Part shown: positions 30,769-39,809 of the stretch, piece after piece | How the letters are laid out: each line of letters starts with the position of its first letter | How positions within the stretch are numbered: position 1 is the first letter of the stretch | Assembly: GCA_047634755.1 (NCBI GenBank) | Contig: JBLIIL010000004.1 | Location: 1,894 to 65,893, forward strand | DNA from: Methylophilaceae bacterium | GTDB taxonomy: Bacteria; Pseudomonadota; Gammaproteobacteria; Burkholderiales; Methylophilaceae | Length of the DNA stretch: 64,000 bases | Reading direction: 5' to 3' | The notes under the pieces: generated by a model | What the model saw: the letters and a program-made list of their open reading frames with translations, nothing else | Database searches by the model: none | What the model was told of the DNA's origin: nothing | Made by a program: the position numbers and the translations under genes

Positions 30769-31014
30769 GTGGACTCCTGTCATGATCATTCACGACTATA
30801 CAATCAATCTTAACCCTTATTAGATAACTTTAAAATGTTAATTCTATTTTGTTAGCATGACATAGCACTGCATGGTGTGAAGTGAAGCTGGTGATATGAT
30901 ATAGGTATTTAAGTGAGCGATGAATGCCATAAAAATGCAGTATTAGGCTTGCTGAACAATAAGACAGAGTAGTCATGCGAGTTTAGTGGTCTAACTTACA
31001 TCATTATCATTTTA

Positions 31015-32952
31015 TTAGTATACACAAACCTTATTGCGGCCACTGTTTTTTGCTTGATATAGCGCTTGGTCGGCTTGGTTAAGCAGGGTGTCTATGTCCA
31101 CATCTTTGCTGATAAGTGTTGCTACACCAAATGAGGCGGCAAAACGGATAGGCATACATCCTTCTAAAACAAGGCTGGCGCCATTGATAGCGGCTCTCAA
31201 TCGTTCAGCCGCTTTTGTTGCTTGTTCACTTCCCGTTTCTGGAAGCAGTACGGCGAATTCCTCGCCGCCTATACGCCCCGTGATATCGATATCGCGCAGT
31301 GTAGCTCGACAAACCTCGGAAAACTTTTTCAGAACTAAATCTCCCACTTTATGGCCGTGTGTATCATTGATTAGCTTGAAGTGGTCAAGGTCTAGCATCA
31401 GTATCGATAAATCACAACCATAACGTATTACGCGAGATAGTTCGCTTTCAACTTGCTCGAAGAAGTGGCGACGGTTGGACAGACCTGTCAGATAATCAGT
31501 ATAAGCGCGGCGTTCTAGCTCACAAAAAGTGTTATGATTCTCAATCGCGATGCTAGCTAAATTAGCCGCTGCAGCAATACGCTCAATGTCGGTCTGTTGA
31601 GGGGTTTTTGGCTCAGTATGATAGATGGCAAATGTTCCCAAAATTTTACCGTGTGAGGCGCGTATAGGCTCCGACCAACAGGCACGAAACCCAGCTTGCT
31701 CTGCAAGTTGTACATAAGGGCTCCAGTACTCATGAGTCTGGATATCCTCTATAATAACGCGTTCTCCTAAAAAAGCAGCTCTGCCGCAAGAGCCCGCACC
31801 TTTACCAATGGCCATACCATTAATGGCCTCGTTATAAAAGTCGGGCAGATCTGGTGCGGCACCTGTTAATAAATGCTTACCTTCCGCATCCATCAGCAAC
31901 AAACTACATAAAGTGGACTCATCCTCAGATTGCACTTGTTTGACGATTGCATGCAAAATATCTGGCAAGGGTTTACCCTTTGCAATCATCTCAAGTATCG
32001 CGTCATGGGCTAGTTTACGCTGTTCTATTAGCCAGCGATCGGTTATGTCCGTGAAATTAACGAGCCTGCGCTCACCTATCCATACCATGCGAATCATGAT
32101 GCGGCGTATGGTTGTATCTTTGCATGTGATGGAAGCTTCTAATTCTGGTGGAGATGTATCGGTGTTTTTTGCTAATTTCACACTCTTTACCCAAGGGTAA
32201 ATGACCGACTCTCTGTAGTCTTCATCTGGATAGGCAAGTAGGTACCAAGTGTCAGTATCTGACAAGTCTTCTAAATTGTAGCCAAGCAAGTTGGTGAATT
32301 CTTGATTAACGTACTCTACTTTATTTTCGGCATCAAATAAACCAATAGCAACCGGAGAAAGATTGAGAATGTCTTCTAGCTCCATTCGTCTTTCATGGCC
32401 ACGTTCAAGCGCTACTTGTCGTAGTCTGGCAAGCCCGCTAGCAGCCAGCACTTGCGCCATTTCCACCATCACCTCCATCAATGATTCTATACGCTCTTTA
32501 CTAATAACGGGTAATGACTGTATGGACGCTAGATAGCCTGTTTCATCATAGCCAAATTCCATAGCCTGCTTACGTAAGTACGCTAAATCTGGTGGCGTAT
32601 GTAATACCTGCCCCAAAAAAAAGGTGGCAAGTTGGTGCCCTTCTACTACGACAGGAGTTGCATAATACATCAAACCATTTTGGCATAACCCATCCGCTGT
32701 ATGGCTTTGGCGCAAATCATACATAATGGCAATATTACTATCATGACAACGCGCTTCACTTTCTGGGTTGGTGCGATGGAATACGGCAAAAGCATTATCA
32801 CCTCCTGTCATTGATAGTAAATTATCATCCATATCCATTACACCATTCGGGATATTTGTTGCCTGAAAAAAGCTATCCAACATATGTGTAAAAGCATCGA
32901 CATCAATGAGGTCGCCAAATTGGTAGGGCATTTGTTTAGTTTTAGTCGACAT
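31015..32952 (-). CDS. cytoplasmic PocR-PAS-GAF-GGDEF diguanylate cyclase
   Basis: 645 aa. It has an N-terminal PocR-like sensor (..FHRTNPESEARCHDSN..), PAS and GAF domains, and an intact GGDEF domain (RIGGEEFAVLL .. ADQALYQAKNSGRNKV). Confidence 0.85.
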   Translation of the reverse strand: MSTKTKQMPYQFGDLIDVDAFTHMLDSFFQATNIPNGVMDMDDNLLSMTGGDNAFAVFHRTNPESEARCHDSNIAIMYDLRQSHTADGLCQNGLMYYATPVVVEGHQLATFFLGQVLHTPPDLAYLRKQAMEFGYDETGYLASIQSLPVISKERIESLMEVMVEMAQVLAASGLARLRQVALERGHERRMELEDILNLSPVAIGLFDAENKVEYVNQEFTNLLGYNLEDLSDTDTWYLLAYPDEDYRESVIYPWVKSVKLAKNTDTSPPELEASITCKDTTIRRIMIRMVWIGERRLVNFTDITDRWLIEQRKLAHDAILEMIAKGKPLPDILHAIVKQVQSEDESTLCSLLLMDAEGKHLLTGAAPDLPDFYNEAINGMAIGKGAGSCGRAAFLGERVIIEDIQTHEYWSPYVQLAEQAGFRACWSEPIRASHGKILGTFAIYHTEPKTPQQTDIERIAAAANLASIAIENHNTFCELERRAYTDYLTGLSNRRHFFEQVESELSRVIRYGCDLSILMLDLDHFKLINDTHGHKVGDLVLKKFSEVCRATLRDIDITGRIGGEEFAVLLPETGSEQATKAAERLRAAINGASLVLEGCMPIRFAASFGVATLISKDVDIDTLLNQADQALYQAKNSGRNKVCVY

Positions 32953-33152
32953 AGAATAATAAGGTTCAAGAAAACTGATGGGTTAGTTTGGAATATAACC
33001 TTGTCTAATCTAACTTTCTTCTTTTAACTCTCTATTTCTTATAATTTAAGTATACGCCTATTTTTCACGCTGAACGATGGTGTGAGTAACCGTATAAATT
33101 AGATCCACCTGAGGGTAATTGATAAAGGTGGTTAGTAAGCTAATCAGCGTCC

Positions 33153-34640
33153 TCACTCTGAATAGTTTTTGGCTTGCATAATATTGTTACGCCCACTATT
33201 TTTGGCGCGATGAAGCGCTTCGTCAGCGTGGGCGGAAAGCGTATCACTAGCCTCGTTCAAGTTAAATTCTGCGATACCCATACTAACTGTAATTGCATAT
33301 TTGTTATCTTTTCCTGCTTTAAGATTTTTAGCGACTAGTTTATGAATGTTATCCACGACCATCTGTGCATCGCTGATGTTGCAATGAGTGAGCGATACGA
33401 TAAACTCTTCACCACCCTAGCGACAAACGGCATCTCATTTGCATATGCTATTTTGCAATATATGTGCGATAGACTTCAACACTCGATCACCTTCTAGAGG
33501 GCTCATTTTGTCATTAATTTTCTTAAAATTATCAATGTCGATTAATAAAATACTGAGAGGCTCTTTTCTACGTTTTTCTGTTTCTAACATTTAATGGTAA
33601 ACAGGCTCAAAATCATGGTGGATTGTTAGTTTAGTTGAGTGATCATTGGAGAGTAATTTGTGTAATTTTGCTTGATAACGTTGAATTAAATGACTAATCA
33701 TCCAGTCAATCCCAAGAGTCATAATAGTGCTTAGAATCAAGTTAATCCGCAACGCACGTAATATTTCTGATTGTGACGTATTTACTTCTTCAACTACAAT
33801 ATACCAACCTAACTCATTGATAAGCCATGTATTGACGAATACTTCTTCCCCATTATCTTCATAGGTGAAAGAACCGTTAAATTTGTTGAGTAATTGCTGC
33901 TTAATGGGTGCCATCCCTTGCATAAGGTCAATCGAATTAGCCTTGGTAAAACTAGCGCAATGCAAGGTGACATTACCTTGTTGATCAATGAAATAGACGG
34001 TGCGATTAAATAACTTTTGGTACTCATCTATTCGTTTGTGAGTGAGGTTGAAAGAGAGGCTGACACCAATGATCCCTAACAACTTATCATTGTAATCTAA
34101 GATTTTGTGATTCACAAAGAAAGTGGTTTTGCCTTTATCAGCCGTGTCGGCATCCAAGTTGATTTGGTAGGGCTCTGAGGCATTAGACGGTTGAAAATAC
34201 CATTAATCTAGCGGGTTAGTTTGGTCAATCGGGTTTAAAGCCCTAGCTGTGATAGTAGTGATGTGTTTTATCTGAGATAAAAAAGGAGGTGATGGTTTTG
34301 TATTTCGCTGGAATGGCATTGAGGTAGCTAATAATCAACTGTTTATCTTTTTCCCCACTGATGACCCAATCACGTACAAAAGTATCCTGTGACATCAGTG
34401 AGGAAATTAATACAGCACTAATTAAATCACGCTGCACATGCGAATAGATACTCTCGCTGCTTAGCGGAAGTGATTCCGTACGAATGTGTGACTGCATGGA
34501 TTGACACGCAAGGTAATAGCTCAATAAACTGGTGGCAATGAAGCTGGTCAGCAGTAATAAACAAATCGTGATGACTAAAAAGCGACCATTTTGATTCTTA
34601 TTGTCTTTAGTTTTAGGCGCTTTCGGTATAAGGTTAATAT
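33153..34640 (-). pseudogene. degraded TM-dCache-TM-GGDEF diguanylate cyclase
   Basis: A single reconstructable reading is interrupted by in-frame stops at TAA 34203-34205, TAA 33591-33593, TGA 33435-33437 and TAG 33417-33419 (CR*GGEEF). There is also a frameshift near 34243-34250 and no start codon upstream of the first TM helix. Confidence 0.85.
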
Positions 34641-34685
34641 CGTAATTACATCATAATATTAATATTTCCAACCCAATAAACACCG

Positions 34686-35490
34686 CTAGTAATTAAATGA
34701 TTTTTTACAAATTGAGCTGTGGTATTGGCAACGTTCACCTAGTAGATTCAATCGACTTCTCCAAAGGAAAGTAGGGCGGTAGTCAGCCAGTTTGATTTTT
34801 ATAAACCTCGCTTTTCCTATCACCGCCATGAGCAGCCAACTTAGTTGATCGTGAAACCAACTGACTGACCTTTTATGGAACCCATTAGTACCATAAACTT
34901 CGCCACGCATGGTTACTTCTTTTATTAAGTTTTCTTCTTTAGTAATATCAAGCTTATCAAATATCTTCTGATAGTTTTATACCGCTGCTGCGAATCATTA
35001 CCCAAATCCTTATATAACGGATGCTCGCTAATCAATTTATCTGCTTTCCCTAAAGCATTATGGGATAGCTTGACCATTTATAATCAGCAAGCTCCATAAC
35101 CATACCCGCCCTGACTGGACTTATTTCAATATACTTATACAGAGCAAATAAATAATGCTCACTATCAACCAAACACGACTTAAAGCGCCCCTCCCATATG
35201 GTGCCAATTCGTTTATTTTTCGCATTGAAATAACGAACGTATCTGTTCGCCATTGACTTCATAAACACCGTCAACTGTTCCTTGTCTTTTGGGGTAACAA
35301 GCAAATGTAAATGATTAGTCATAATGACATAAGCATGCAAAGAACATCCCGACTTTAACAAAGAATACTCAATATCTTCTTTAATTCGAGTTAGGTCATC
35401 CTCTGGTTCAAATATACCCTACCGATTATTACCTCGGTGCATAATATGTAGAGGTTGGTTTGGAACTACTACTCTTGGTAATCTAGCCAT
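34686..35490 (-). pseudogene. degraded IS200-like Y1 / REP-associated tyrosine transposase (RAYT)
   Basis: The sequence reads MARLPRVVVPNQPLHIMHRGNNR*GIF.. with an in-frame TAG at 35419-35421. It has the HUH motif (VIMTNHLHLLV) and ..YKYIEISPVRAGMV..YKWSSY. There is a stop at 35050, and the C-terminal part continues in other frames. Confidence 0.8.
34782..34794. repeat. right copy of a 13-bp inverted repeat flanking the RAYT remnant
   Basis: GTCAGCCAGTTTG is preceded by GTAGGGCGGTAG. Its reverse complement occurs at 35524-35536, and a degenerate third copy lies at 34854-34870. Confidence 0.7.
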
Positions 35491-35523
35491 AACTCATAGA
35501 ATAAAACGAAGTAAGTTATAAAC

Positions 35524-35536
35524 CAAACTGGCTGAC
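35524..35536. repeat. left copy of a 13-bp inverted repeat flanking the RAYT remnant
   Basis: CAAACTGGCTGAC lies 34 nt upstream of the RAYT ATG (minus strand). It is the exact reverse complement of 34782-34794. Confidence 0.7.
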
Positions 35537-35692
35537 CCCTTAATATTTTTACAGCAATTGGAGGCATACCGCGAAGACAATTACTGAATGCAGCTTAATC
35601 TCTACTTTTAACTTCGATTAGGAATGAAGGATTACACTTGGCGCTTTATGCCGAGTCTTGCCACGTTTTTTGTAGCGAACTTGAGCGCCTTG

Positions 35693-36304
35693 TTAGGTAT
35701 TTTTTTTGTTAAGATTGACACTACTTAGAATCATTTTCGACTGTTTGAAATAATATGCTGTGTCGCAACCTGTTTGACCATTAAGGATTTGGCAAGTAGC
35801 CATATCAAATTCTGTGGTTTCTAGTTTTTCTGGTGATCTAGGAAGCGGTAAGTAAACCCGACCACCATCTACCAAAAGAATAGTTTTTTAAATAGTTCAC
35901 TAACATTATATTGTATTGATACTCGATGGCTAGACGCCTGTTGGTCTCGGTACAAGCCTTTTAACCAAACCTCACTAAAGTCATCAATCATAGCGTTGGT
36001 ATGCCGTGCAATTTTTATTGCAGGATCTTTTTTATAAACCGCAATATGCTCTGAATTGATCATTTGAATACCAATTATCTATTTGGTCTGACCTAGATAT
36101 GATTTTTTCTATTTCTTCATTTAGGTTGCTTCTAATGATTATCTTCTTTAACGCAACACCTGTAAATACAACTGTTAGGAAATAAATTAAAGGCTCAGGC
36201 CATTTTTCTGCGGAATTAAAATTCCATATTAAAGCTAAAGCGCCAATAACCACAAGCTGGTACTCTTCACTATGTGTTAAAAAATGCATTACATATTTCT
36301 TCAT
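35693..36304 (-). pseudogene. disrupted gene for a protein of about 200 aa with two N-terminal TM helices (three abutting ORF pieces)
   Basis: The ORF-track pieces 36032-36304, 35869-36063 and 35693-35875 abut or overlap in three frames. The junction between pieces 2 and 3 is an A6 run (35884-35889 on the plus strand), and one extra A would fuse ..SELFKK to TILLVDGGRVYLPLP.. Confidence 0.5.
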
Positions 36305-36443
36305 TGGTTTTTTATTTTCCCTAACGTTAAATAGACACAGAAAACGGTGTTTAATTACGTTGGGTTAAATGGTGTTCATTGTTATTTTTCATATTAAATT
36401 CAATTGGATAATCTACTTTTTATTGAAAATAAACGACACCTTT

Positions 36444-37181
36444 TTAGACATTACTGTTCTTGTTACTTAATGCCATCATATCATCATCATTTAGCCATCG
36501 CCACTCGCCAACTTTCAGGTCTTCTGGCAATGCTAGCTCTCCAATTTTGATCCGTTTTAATCCTTCTACGCGATTACTAATGGCCGAGACCATGCGTTTG
36601 ACTTGGTGGTATTTTCCTTCGGCTAGAGTCATGTGGATGACGTTGTCAGAAATTCGGGTACAGGCTAGCGCTGCAATAGGAGCATCTTCATCGACGAGTT
36701 GGACGCCGCTGAGTATGTGGGCGATTTGTTGGTCATCGACGGGGTGTTTGCAGTTGACTTCGTAGACTTTGGAGACTTTGTGTTTAGGTGAGCTCATTTT
36801 GTGGATGAACTGGCCGTCGTCAGAGATTAAAATCAGCCCTGTGGTGCCTTCGTCTAGTCTGCCAATGGTTTGTACGCTGCGTTCGACTAAAGGATGAGGT
36901 AATAGGCTATAAATGGTTGGGTGGTGTTGGGTTTTGTGTGTGCACTCGTAGTTGCTGGGTTTGTGCATCATGAGATAGGATTTTTCTTTGTAATCCCATG
37001 CTTCGCCTTTGATGGTGTATTGCATGCCAGCCAACTCAAACATGGCGCTTGGATCATCACACATTTCACCGTTAACGGTGATTTCTTCATTGATAATCAT
37101 AATACGACAAAGTTTGCGTGCGCCGTGGCCCTGATTATGCAAGATGCGCTCTAGGTTGTTCTTTTTAGCTGCTTTTGCCAC
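36444..37181 (-). CDS. rsuA: RsuA-family pseudouridine synthase (S4 domain plus catalytic domain)
   Basis: 245 aa with the catalytic GRLDEGTTGLIL and GKYHQVKRM motifs. Confidence 0.82.
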   Translation of the reverse strand: MAKAAKKNNLERILHNQGHGARKLCRIMIINEEITVNGEMCDDPSAMFELAGMQYTIKGEAWDYKEKSYLMMHKPSNYECTHKTQHHPTIYSLLPHPLVERSVQTIGRLDEGTTGLILISDDGQFIHKMSSPKHKVSKVYEVNCKHPVDDQQIAHILSGVQLVDEDAPIAALACTRISDNVIHMTLAEGKYHQVKRMVSAISNRVEGLKRIKIGELALPEDLKVGEWRWLNDDDMMALSNKNSNV

Positions 37182-37209
37182 GTCTATTATCCAATCGATT
37201 TTATTTCAA

Positions 37210-37959
37210 TTACCCGTGTATGAGTGCGTATACATAAGGCAAAAATATAGCGCTGAGTACACCGTTTAAGCCCATGGCCATACTGGCGAAGATGCCTGCT
37301 TGTTCACTCACGCTAAAGGCGCGAGTGATGCCTAAACCATGCGCGCCAACGCCGATGGCTGCACCTCTTATCCACCAAGGTCTAATTTTGAAAAGGTCTA
37401 AAATATAAGGCGCTAAGATGGCGCCTAGAATGCCAGTAATGACGGTGAAGACAGCGGTGAGTGTGGGCGATACTTGTATGCGCTCTGCGATACCCATGGC
37501 AATTGGTGCTGTGACAGATTTGGTATACATGCTGCCAACGATGCTTTCTCCTGCATTCATGTACTTGGCGATGAGTACGGCGCTACCGATTGAGGCAATG
37601 CTACCAGCGGTTAAGGCGATGAAAATGGGCATTATTTTGCCGCGCATTTCTGAAAAGCCGCGATAGATAGGCACGGCGAGTGCAACGGTTGCCGTGCCCA
37701 GTAAAAAGTGTACAAATTTAGCACCTTCAAAATACTGTTGATAAGCTTCTTCTGGTGAGTCACCAAAACCAAATTGTGAGATGATGACAGCAATCAGGAT
37801 GATAGAAATGGCAGCTGGGTTTAATATCGGATTGCGGTTAAATTTGACGTATAACGTATAGCCAATCTGATAGGTGGCTAACGTTAACACCAGTGCAAAG
37901 AGAGGGTCGCCTGATAGGTAAACCCAAATTTCTGAGATAGGGAGTCGATCAGTCATCAT
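37210..37959 (-). CDS. lrgB: LrgB-family membrane protein
   Basis: Polytopic membrane protein. AGGAG lies upstream of the ATGATG at 37954-37959, while the longest ORF starts at 37977. Confidence 0.88.
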   Translation of the reverse strand: MMTDRLPISEIWVYLSGDPLFALVLTLATYQIGYTLYVKFNRNPILNPAAISIILIAVIISQFGFGDSPEEAYQQYFEGAKFVHFLLGTATVALAVPIYRGFSEMRGKIMPIFIALTAGSIASIGSAVLIAKYMNAGESIVGSMYTKSVTAPIAMGIAERIQVSPTLTAVFTVITGILGAILAPYILDLFKIRPWWIRGAAIGVGAHGLGITRAFSVSEQAGIFASMAMGLNGVLSAIFLPYVYALIHG

Positions 37960-38446
37960 TTTCTCCTGCAGTGTCATCTGTCGAGCTTAAGTCTTGTTTA
38001 GCCTTTTTCTTACTACGCTTGGCTTGTTTTTCTTTTTGTAATACTAGGCGTCTATCTTCGTCTAACAATTTCATTTCATGACGATAAGCTTTGCTATTTT
38101 CATAGGCTGGTTCTTTGAAACTAAATAGTTTGAGGACGAGGCCTGTGACAGCAATCGCCAGTATGACACTGACCGTTAACGCAGTACCAACCGCGAACGC
38201 ATGTTCTTTTAATTCGGGTAAAAATAGAATCACACCGACGGATGCAGGAACAAATAATAAGGCTAAATGCTGCCGAAAAGTATCGGCCACTTTACCCAGT
38301 GAAGGGTTAACTTCGCCTTTGATGGCTAAAAAAGCGACCAATAAAATCAGCCCAATCACTGGGCCGGGGATTTGCGGTAATATGAATTTGGAGACTAGCT
38401 CACCAATACCTTGCCAGATGAATATTTTTACTAGACCGTCAATCAT
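37949..38446 (-). CDS. lrgA: LrgA/CidA-family holin-like protein with a charged C-terminal extension
   Basis: 165 aa with four TM helices followed by a Lys/Asp/Glu-rich tail of about 45 aa. It overlaps the lrgB start. Confidence 0.85.
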   Translation of the reverse strand: MIDGLVKIFIWQGIGELVSKFILPQIPGPVIGLILLVAFLAIKGEVNPSLGKVADTFRQHLALLFVPASVGVILFLPELKEHAFAVGTALTVSVILAIAVTGLVLKLFSFKEPAYENSKAYRHEMKLLDEDRRLVLQKEKQAKRSKKKAKQDLSSTDDTAGENDD

Positions 38447-38511
38447 CGAACATCAATCATAAGTAATGACACGCTTTTTTAGGTTAAGCGCTCATTATAA
38501 AGCCTTTTATC

Positions 38512-38895
38512 CTAATGGATTAACTGTGTGATCCAGTTTTTGAGGCTGTTAAACGCACCTAGCACCAGTTCTTTAAAGATGTGCAGTAAGTCTAATGGTA
38601 GCTCTTTTATAATCTGTAGCTGATCTAATACCATCGGTTGACTGACAATGGAGGGATTGGTGATGTCCATATAACTTAACAAGTAAGCCACTACACAACT
38701 GATCATCATCGTCCAAAAGAAGAACATCGTGGTGATGCTTTTGAAATTAAAGAGTCTTGATAGGCTAAAGCTCACGACTTGTAATAAGAAGTAAGGAACA
38801 ATACCGGCTAGCCAGCCATCATAGTAGCTAATGTAAATCGCTGACAAAATAAGGCCAGTAATGTTGATGAGAATAAGAAGAGAGGCGAATTTCAA
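38512..38895 (-). CDS. hypothetical membrane protein (3-4 TM helices)
   Basis: 127-aa hydrophobic ORF with no family recognised. Confidence 0.5.
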   Translation of the reverse strand: MKFASLLILINITGLILSAIYISYYDGWLAGIVPYFLLQVVSFSLSRLFNFKSITTMFFFWTMMISCVVAYLLSYMDITNPSIVSQPMVLDQLQIIKELPLDLLHIFKELVLGAFNSLKNWITQLIH

Positions 38896-39011
38896 GCTGA
38901 ATAATTTCGGTGCTTAGGTCGCTAAATCATCACCTTGGGAAGATTAATAGTTAGTATCATAAACTGCATCAGTTAGAATGTTAGTTAATAATTGTAAAGT
39001 AGCAAAAATCT

Positions 39012-39785
39012 ATGTCCTTTAAGCATATTACCTCCCGCGATAACGCTATTTTTAAACATTTAAAAAAAATAGCAGACAATAAACGTGAACGAAACAAAGA
39101 AGGAAAAACGCTATTAGATGGCGTACACCTGATAGCAGGTTATTTGCAGGCTTTTGGTGAGCTTGAGTTGTTAATCATTCCTGAAGGAAAAAGCTCGCAA
39201 GAAGCAGTGGCTTTGATGCAGGATTTAGCTGATGTGAATACGACTATGTTTCCGACATTGCTATTTGCTGAGTTAACGCCAGTGGCGAGCAGCACCGGTA
39301 TTTTGGCCTTGGTTAAACTGCCAACCGTAGCCGTGCCTGAGAAGGTTGATTTTGCGTTAATGCTAGAAGATATCCAAGACCCTGGCAATTTGGGCAGTAT
39401 GCTCAGAACAGCTTTAGGCGCAGGTGTTGATGCTGTTTATTTGTCGAAAGGCTGCACGGATGCGTGGTCGCCAAAATGTTTACGAGGCGGGCAGGGTGCA
39501 CAGTTTCAATTGGCTATTGTGGAAAGCGTCGATATCGTCGAATCCATTGAAGGCTTTGCTGGCTCAAGCTATGCAACAACGCTATCAGGTGACTCGATTT
39601 ATACGAAAGACCTAACTCAGTCTACTGCATTTGTGATTGGTAATGAAGGCGGAGGCTTAACTAATGGTGTAATCAATGCTGCGACAGCGCAAGTGAGTAT
39701 TCCAATGAGTGCGGGGCTAGAATCACTTAATGCGGCTGCGGCTGCGGCTGTTTGTTTGTTTGAGCGTCAAAGGCAGGCTACTTAA
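39012..39785 (+). CDS. SpoU/TrmH-family RNA 2'-O-methyltransferase
   Basis: 257 aa with C-terminal SpoU motifs (..VIGNEGGGL.. and ..ESLNAAAAAAVCLFE..). Confidence 0.85.
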   Translation: MSFKHITSRDNAIFKHLKKIADNKRERNKEGKTLLDGVHLIAGYLQAFGELELLIIPEGKSSQEAVALMQDLADVNTTMFPTLLFAELTPVASSTGILALVKLPTVAVPEKVDFALMLEDIQDPGNLGSMLRTALGAGVDAVYLSKGCTDAWSPKCLRGGQGAQFQLAIVESVDIVESIEGFAGSSYATTLSGDSIYTKDLTQSTAFVIGNEGGGLTNGVINAATAQVSIPMSAGLESLNAAAAAAVCLFERQRQAT

Positions 39786-39809
39786 GCAGTCTGCCACGCG
39801 CTGGCTGTT

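Noticed and set aside
30830-30976. 48-aa minus-strand ORF immediately downstream of the PocR-GGDEF gene
   Set aside because: It has no SD, an odd His/Tyr/Cys/Ser-rich composition and no recognisable motif. It is most likely non-coding spacer.
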